NCBI GenBank assembly: GCA_965204745.1
Contig: OZ242010.1
Span: 352,001-416,000 of the forward strand
Source: Candidatus Latescibacterota bacterium
GTDB taxonomy: Bacteria; Latescibacterota; UBA2968
DNA: 64,000 bases
Direction: 5' to 3'
The notes beneath the pieces are model-generated. The model was not told the origin of the DNA, searched no databases, and worked only from the letters and a program-made list of their open reading frames with translations. Shown in pieces: positions 58,255 through 64,000 of this stretch; position 1 is the stretch's first letter, and each line of letters starts with the position of its first letter. Position numbers and translations under genes: made by a program.

Positions 58255-59162
58255 TAGAATTGCCTCAGACGCTTTTGCAAGTACTGGCGGATGCGGTAGC
58301 CATAGCGTTGATCGAACAGGGCAAAGTCGATGAAGGACTTAAAATACGATTCAAAATTGCCGATGTCGTAGCGCGATTCTTCCGGGTACAATCTGATGCA
58401 GCGCACGGCGTGTCCCATTTTGAGGAGCGTGGCAATGGCGTCTGTGAGCTCGAGTTTGCCCCGGTAACCGGGGGATGTGCGCTTGAGCGCGGCGAAAATT
58501 TCCGGATTGAAAATGTAGCGCGCGGCCACGCCCAAGTTACTCGGCGCGTTTTCCGGCGCGGGCTTTTCTACGATGTGGTCGATTTCAAAATCGCCTTGCG
58601 CTGCGCCGGGTTTGGGCGCGACAATGCCATACTGGTTTTCCTCGCCCTCGGGCACTTCGATGACCGCGATGGTGCAACTCGCCCGGTTTTCGACGTGCGA
58701 TTTGATCATGCGCCGCACCAAGCCCGCGTGGTTGCCCGATTTGATGATGGTGTCTCCAAACGCGACCACAAATGCCTCCCCGCCGACAAAGTCCTCGGCC
58801 CTGCCGACGGCATCGCCAATCCCCGCCGGACTGATGTGCCCGGCGGGAATGATCTGCCGGGTGTAAAAAAATTTGACGCCCTCTTTTTCGTAATCGAGTT
58901 CGTCGAGCAACTTGTTGTGGTCGCTTTCCGAGAGGTAGGATTGCAGTTCGGGGTCGCGGTCAAAGTGGTCTTCAATGGTGCGTTTGTCCTTGCCGGTGAC
59001 AAACAGGATTTTCTTCAACCCTTGCTCAATGACTTCCTCAACCACGTATTGAACGATGGGCTTCCTGCCCACGGGCAACATTTCCTTGGGCTGCGACTTG
59101 GTGGCTGGCAACAAACTGGTCCCCAACCCCGCAACCGGAATCACGACTTTTTCAATGTTCAT
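58254..59162 (-). CDS. galU: UTP--glucose-1-phosphate uridylyltransferase family protein
   Basis: VIPVAGLGT.LLPATK..PKEMLP, YGIV, VEKP, RYDIGN. Confidence 0.85.
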   Translation of the reverse strand: MNIEKVVIPVAGLGTSLLPATKSQPKEMLPVGRKPIVQYVVEEVIEQGLKKILFVTGKDKRTIEDHFDRDPELQSYLSESDHNKLLDELDYEKEGVKFFYTRQIIPAGHISPAGIGDAVGRAEDFVGGEAFVVAFGDTIIKSGNHAGLVRRMIKSHVENRASCTIAVIEVPEGEENQYGIVAPKPGAAQGDFEIDHIVEKPAPENAPSNLGVAARYIFNPEIFAALKRTSPGYRGKLELTDAIATLLKMGHAVRCIRLYPEESRYDIGNFESYFKSFIDFALFDQRYGYRIRQYLQKRLRQF

Positions 59163-59277
59163 GGTATGTCTCCGCTAAATGCCAACCGCTTGACAGGGCT
59201 TGCGTTGTCGTTTAGAATACCCCAAAAAAATAACAAGACCACCATGCAAAACGCAAGGCAAAAAGGCCATCGGCGAT

Positions 59278-60249
59278 ATGAAAAACAAAACCCCAACCGA
59301 TCCCCGCGCGTGGACTTCGCAGACCATTGACCCGTCCTCCGAGTGGTATTATCCCCTTTCCGATTTGTCCGCATTGGAGCGCGGGGCGCGGGCGGGCGCG
59401 GTGGATGACCTCCGCGTCTCCGATGCCATCCGGTCCGCCTGCGCGCCATGTCTGACGCCGGTATTGGACGCCTTGCAAACCGGGCGCGGATTTGCGATTG
59501 TCGAGCGGTTGCCTTTGGAAAATTATACGCTTGACGAGGCGCGGGGGTTGTATTGGCTGATCGGCCAGTGTTTGGGCGTGCCTTTTGAGCAGAATATCGA
59601 AGGGACTTTGCTCTACGACGTGCGCGATACCGGGCGCGATGTGAAAACCGGGGCGCGATTTTCCGTGACCAATGCCGAGAGTTCGTTCCACACAGACGGC
59701 GCGTTTGGGGTGCAAGTGCCCGATGTGGTGGGCTTGCTGTGCGTCAAGACCGCACGCTCGGGTGGACGCAGTCAGTTGATCAGCGCGTACGCCCTGCACG
59801 ACAAATTGCTCGCAGACGCGCCCGAGGTGATGAACGCGCTCTACGCGCCTTTTTGCTTTGACAGACGCGGGCAATTTTTGCCGGGGGAAGCATCTGTCAC
59901 CCGCGCGCCCATTTTTGCGTGGGATGACGAAATCCTGCAAACGCGCTATTTGCATTATTACATCCGCGTGGGCCATCGAGAGGCGGGCATGCCCTTGACG
60001 CACGACCAGATCCGCGCCCTCGACGCGGTGGAAGCAACGCTGAAGCAACCGGAGATGTGCATAGAATTTGACCTCGCGCCCGGGCAGATGCTGTTCACCA
60101 ATAACCGCTGGATTTTGCACAACCGCACGGCGTTTGAAGATCACCCCCATCCCGAGCAAAGACGGCATTATGTGCGGTTATGGTTGATGGAAAAGCAACC
60201 AAATAAGAAAGCGGATGAACCGAAGGGAGTTGGGCGGGGTAGGGCCTGA
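59278..60249 (+). CDS. TauD/TfdA family Fe(II)/2-oxoglutarate dioxygenase
   Basis: FHTD (HxD), GLLC, NNRWILHNR.AF, HYVRLWL. Confidence 0.88.
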   Translation: MKNKTPTDPRAWTSQTIDPSSEWYYPLSDLSALERGARAGAVDDLRVSDAIRSACAPCLTPVLDALQTGRGFAIVERLPLENYTLDEARGLYWLIGQCLGVPFEQNIEGTLLYDVRDTGRDVKTGARFSVTNAESSFHTDGAFGVQVPDVVGLLCVKTARSGGRSQLISAYALHDKLLADAPEVMNALYAPFCFDRRGQFLPGEASVTRAPIFAWDDEILQTRYLHYYIRVGHREAGMPLTHDQIRALDAVEATLKQPEMCIEFDLAPGQMLFTNNRWILHNRTAFEDHPHPEQRRHYVRLWLMEKQPNKKADEPKGVGRGRA

Positions 60250-60343
60250 CTACTGACTGAGGACAGGCTGTCCCTACGGATGATGGACACGCACACGGCG
60301 GGGCAGGGGAGCGGCGGGGATCGCACAGGTGGCGGAGGTGTTC

Positions 60344-62011
60344 ATGCGATTTGCGATGCGATTTGCGGTTTTGCTTTGGCTGGCACCAGGGGTCGGTTTT
60401 GCCCAGGGGGTTTTGTCTGCGGATGCGTTCGGGCGCGATCTCACCCTACTGCAATTATTGGCTGGCGTGCCCCTGGCGTTTGCGATGGTTCACTTCTTGA
60501 TGTATTTGTTTCGCGCCAACTTGCCCGGCAATCTCCCTTATGTGGCGTTTGCCGTGTGTATTTCCCTCCTCATTTTTCTGTCCAGTGAAGTGACTTTATG
60601 GCCCACCGATCAGGTCGTTTTTTTGATCGCGATTAAGACCCTCCTCATTCTCACCGCGTCGTTTGGGCTACAATTTTCCTACACGGCTTTTTTTGGCGCC
60701 TTGCCCCGCAACTGGCGTGCGCTTTGCATTGCGAGCGGGGTTTTGTGTTTGGTGGCTTGGGCCATGCCCATGCCAGTTGTGTATTTGATCGGCCTGATCG
60801 GGTTTTGCGAATTGCTACGTATTTGCGCGATAGCGATTTGGCAAAAAAGACCGGGCGCGCGAATCATCGGCGCGGGTATCGGAGTGTTTATGCTGGTGTC
60901 GGTTTATGAGTTGTTGATCGAACTGGACGTTTTGTCGCGCGATATCTCTTTGGTGTACCTCTATGGCTTTCTCGGCATGGTGGTGAGTATGTCGGCATTT
61001 TTGGCGCACATGTTTGACCGCACAAACCGAGAGGTGGAAAAACAGACGCTGGAGATTCAAACTTTGACGAGACGCGCAGTGGCGCAACAACAGCACACTG
61101 CGGAACAGAAACGCCGCTTGCAGGAGGCGGAACGAGAACGAGAACGCGCGGAGGAAGAGCGGAAGACCTTGGAGCGGGAATTGGAACGCGCCGACGAACG
61201 ACAACGCCTAGCGGAGGAACTCAAGGCGGCCAACCAAAAATTGGAGGAGGGGCAGACGCAGTTGGTTCAAGCCGAGAAGATGGCGGCACTCGGGAATTTG
61301 GTCGCGGGCATCGCGCACGAGATCAACACGCCGATGGGGGCGATCAACAGCATGCACGATACCCTCAAACGGGGGATGGAAAAACTCGCAGAAGAAGTGG
61401 CACCCCAACTTCCGGGGGATGAACATAGCCAACGGATTCGGGCGTCCCTGCAAGAGATAGACCGAGCCAATCGCGTGATGACGGCCAGCACTGCCCGCGT
61501 GCGCGAACTCGTTGCGAGTCTCCGAAATTTTGCGCGTTTGGATGAAGCGGAATGGAATCAGGTGGATATCCACGAGGGGATCGAGAGCACGCTCGCGCTT
61601 GTGCGCCACAAATTAGAGGACCGCATCGCATTGGTGCGGGATTACGGACGCCTTCCGCAGGTGACGTGTTTCCCGGGGCGGATCAATCAGATTTTCCTCA
61701 CTTTGCTGGTCAATGCCGCGCAGGCCATCGAGGGCCCCGGGCGCATTGCCATTCAAACGCGCACTGCGGATGGCGAGGTGTCGGTTGCGATTTCGGACAC
61801 GGGAAAGGGGATTGCCCAAGCGATGTTGCCCAAAATTTTCGATTTGGAATTTACAAGCGATGGACCAGGCGCGGTGGGCCTGCCGATGTGCCGCCAGATC
61901 GCCGAAGAACACAATGGCCGCGTTCTGGTGGAGAGCGAGGTCGGAAAGGGCACGGCGTTCACGCTCGTGTTGCCGATAGATCAACGGGAGAGGCAAAAAG
62001 CAACCCCATAA
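60344..62011 (+). CDS. Multi-TM sensor histidine kinase with degenerate G2 box
   Basis: 7TM-like N-terminus, coiled coil, AHEINTP, DTGKGI, FTSDGPGAVGL. Confidence 0.88.
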   Translation: MRFAMRFAVLLWLAPGVGFAQGVLSADAFGRDLTLLQLLAGVPLAFAMVHFLMYLFRANLPGNLPYVAFAVCISLLIFLSSEVTLWPTDQVVFLIAIKTLLILTASFGLQFSYTAFFGALPRNWRALCIASGVLCLVAWAMPMPVVYLIGLIGFCELLRICAIAIWQKRPGARIIGAGIGVFMLVSVYELLIELDVLSRDISLVYLYGFLGMVVSMSAFLAHMFDRTNREVEKQTLEIQTLTRRAVAQQQHTAEQKRRLQEAERERERAEEERKTLERELERADERQRLAEELKAANQKLEEGQTQLVQAEKMAALGNLVAGIAHEINTPMGAINSMHDTLKRGMEKLAEEVAPQLPGDEHSQRIRASLQEIDRANRVMTASTARVRELVASLRNFARLDEAEWNQVDIHEGIESTLALVRHKLEDRIALVRDYGRLPQVTCFPGRINQIFLTLLVNAAQAIEGPGRIAIQTRTADGEVSVAISDTGKGIAQAMLPKIFDLEFTSDGPGAVGLPMCRQIAEEHNGRVLVESEVGKGTAFTLVLPIDQRERQKATP

Positions 62012-62087
62012 GACCACGGATGATGTAGGGGCGATGCCCTGTGCCCATCTATGACCAACCCACACGAGCACGAATTGGAGGTAGCAA

Positions 62088-63644
62088 GTGATTTTAGCGA
62101 TCCCATTGGGCATTGCCCTCGCGCATTTCATGCTCTTTTTGTTCGCGCCGCGCAACCGCGAGTACCTCTATTGTGCCCTGTTGACGACGAGTGTGGCGGG
62201 CCTGATTTTACTGCCGATATGGGGATCGTTGACGGGGGATGCGGACGCAACTTTTTATGTCGATGCGCTGTTCAAGCTGGCACTGGTTTGCACGGGGGTG
62301 TTTCAACTCTGGTTTGTCTGCCACTTTTTTCAAGGCGCGTTCAACCGATCATTTAAGGTGTTTGCCGGCATTGGCTGCGCGCTCGGGCTTTTTGTGTGGA
62401 CCTTGGATGTCGATGTGTATTACGCATTTTTGCTGATGACCTATCCCGAAGCCCTGACCCATATTTTTCGCGCACTTCTCCAAAAGCGGCCCGGCGCGAG
62501 CATCGTGGGCGTCGGGGTGTTGATTTTCGTCATGGGCAATATGTACCAAGGGCTGGTGGCATTGGGCATTATCGACAGCGCGATGCTCGTTTTCCCATAC
62601 ATTTACAGCGCGCTCGCACTGATGGTGGCGATGTCGATTTACCTCGCGCAGATTTTTGCACGCACGCATCAAAATTTGCGGGAACAACTCGCGCAGGCCC
62701 AGGCATTGGCAGAACAGGAACGCGCACGGGAACGCGAGGCGCAGAGCCTTGAAGAACGCGCAGAGGCGGGCCGCAAAACACAGCGACAACTCGAGAGAGA
62801 CAACGCGCTGAAGGAATTGGCATTGGCAGAGGCGCGAGAACAGCAGGCGATTTACGAGTCGCTCCAGCAGAAAAACCGGGAACTCCGCGAGATACAGGTC
62901 AAATTGGTGCAGGCCGATAAGATGGCCTCGTTGGGCAATTTGGTCACCGGGATCGCCCATGAGATCGACCAACCGGTGCGCGACATCAACCGCATGCACG
63001 CGACCCTGATGCGGGCCATTGATCGGATCACGGGCACTTTGGAGGCGGAGCACCGGGATCTGTTAAAAACGAATCGCGCGATACGGGCGACCTTGCAGGT
63101 GATTCATGACGCGAATCGCGTGATCGCAACCGGCACAGAGCGCGTGACAGAGATCGTTCATAGCTTGCGGAGTTTTGCGCGTTTGGACGAGGCAGAGATG
63201 AAAGAGGCCAATCTCCACGAGGGCATTGAGACGACCCTGACGCTGATTCACCACGATTTCAAAAATCGCATCGAGGTGGTGCGCGACTACGGCGATATTC
63301 CCACGATCACCTGTTTCCCGAGCCGATTAAATCAGGTGTTTCTCAATGTGTTGGTCAATGCAGAGCAGGCGATTGAGGGCAAGGGCAAAATTCGGATTTC
63401 GACCCGCCTGATAGACGATGAGATCGAGATTGCGATTTCAGACACGGGCAAAGGCATTTCCCAAGACGACCTGGCGCGCGTGTTCGATCCCGGGTTTACG
63501 ACCAAAGGCGTGGGCATAGGAACGGGTTTGGGCCTGTCGATCTGCTACCAGATCATCCAAGACCACGAGGGCAGCATCCGCGCCGAGAGCGAGATCGGCA
63601 AGGGGACGACTTTTGCGATGCGTTTGCCTGTCAGTGGTCGGTAG
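62088..63644 (+). CDS. Multi-TM sensor histidine kinase (paralog)
   Basis: 7TM-like N-terminus, AHEIDQP, NVLVNA, DTGKGI, FTTKGVGIGTGLGL. Confidence 0.9.
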   Translation: MILAIPLGIALAHFMLFLFAPRNREYLYCALLTTSVAGLILLPIWGSLTGDADATFYVDALFKLALVCTGVFQLWFVCHFFQGAFNRSFKVFAGIGCALGLFVWTLDVDVYYAFLLMTYPEALTHIFRALLQKRPGASIVGVGVLIFVMGNMYQGLVALGIIDSAMLVFPYIYSALALMVAMSIYLAQIFARTHQNLREQLAQAQALAEQERAREREAQSLEERAEAGRKTQRQLERDNALKELALAEAREQQAIYESLQQKNRELREIQVKLVQADKMASLGNLVTGIAHEIDQPVRDINRMHATLMRAIDRITGTLEAEHRDLLKTNRAIRATLQVIHDANRVIATGTERVTEIVHSLRSFARLDEAEMKEANLHEGIETTLTLIHHDFKNRIEVVRDYGDIPTITCFPSRLNQVFLNVLVNAEQAIEGKGKIRISTRLIDDEIEIAISDTGKGISQDDLARVFDPGFTTKGVGIGTGLGLSICYQIIQDHEGSIRAESEIGKGTTFAMRLPVSGR

Positions 63645-63748
63645 TCAGTCCCCGCCCGGCCCTACCGCCCAAGTGGTCAGTGGTCAGTCCCCGCCCCGCC
63701 TTACCGCCCAAGTAGCCAGTGGTCAGTCCCCACCCCGCCCCTACCGCT
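63630..63748. repeat. Tandem GTCAGTCCCCGCCC...TACCGCCCAAG repeats
   Basis: Three units with heptamer (GTGGTCA) linkers. Confidence 0.75.
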
Positions 63749-63933
63749 ATGTTCGTTAGAATGAGTCAACTGACAATGCGAATTAAGAGTAGAAAGCGAG
63801 TAAGAAGCAAGCCGCGGTCAATCATCCAAAGACCTGAACGAGTCATCCATTATAGAATCGCCCTTGAACTTGTCTTAAAACGAACGATGGATGCCCCTCC
63901 TCCGGCTCTTTCCCGCAACGGAGAGATGTTATT

Positions 63934-64000
63934 CCCCCCTTGTATCTTCCTCGTAGGCACAGGCGTAGCCTACAACGAAGCGTAGCGAGTAACGGGGCTA
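63934..64000. repeat. Inverted relative of the 22.7-kb repeat
   Basis: CTCGTAGGCACAGGCGTAGCCTACAA...TAACGGGG is the reverse complement of part of 22713-22762. Confidence 0.75.

Noticed and set aside
63719-63985. 88-aa ORF
   Set aside because: It begins and ends in repeat DNA and has no motif or convincing RBS.

Overview
GC-rich bacterial chromosome segment. The PorV/T9SS-type genes and TonB receptor architecture suggest an FCB-group organism, possibly Latescibacterota-like (inference only). Nearly all genes lie on the minus strand. In order: a secreted esterase, a DUF1501/DUF1800 pair, an outer-membrane cluster (beta-barrel, TonB-dependent receptor, large secreted protein with a T9SS-like C-terminus, PorV-like protein, lipoprotein), a PfkB kinase, a sulfatase, a UbiA prenyltransferase, a large gluzincin/PD40/barrel protein, peptide ABC ATPases and a five-gene uncharacterised membrane operon next to cbiX. 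An ~18 kb, lower-GC defence island follows (31.4-49.4 kb), bounded on the right by an IS701-like element. The island holds an SspABCD-type phosphorothioation module but no canonical SspE and no recognisable SspFGH. In their place are a GIY-YIG protein, a DndB-like DGQHR protein, a PLD-SF2 helicase, a small protein, a DndD/Rad50-like CxC ATPase, a 151-aa protein, a DUF262 protein with a degenerate HNH domain translationally coupled to a Ser/Thr kinase, and an AAA ATPase/DUF4276 pair. This locus is the best candidate for an undescribed system. After it come a PBP1A with a 29-aa N-terminal tandem array, sugar-nucleotide genes, a TauD dioxygenase and two tandem sensor kinases with complementary motif degeneracy. 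Intergenic DNA is dense with REP-like, heptamer and MITE-like repeats, which sit next to several gene remnants (infB, higB, brnT/brnA). All family assignments come from motif recognition by eye; no searches were run.
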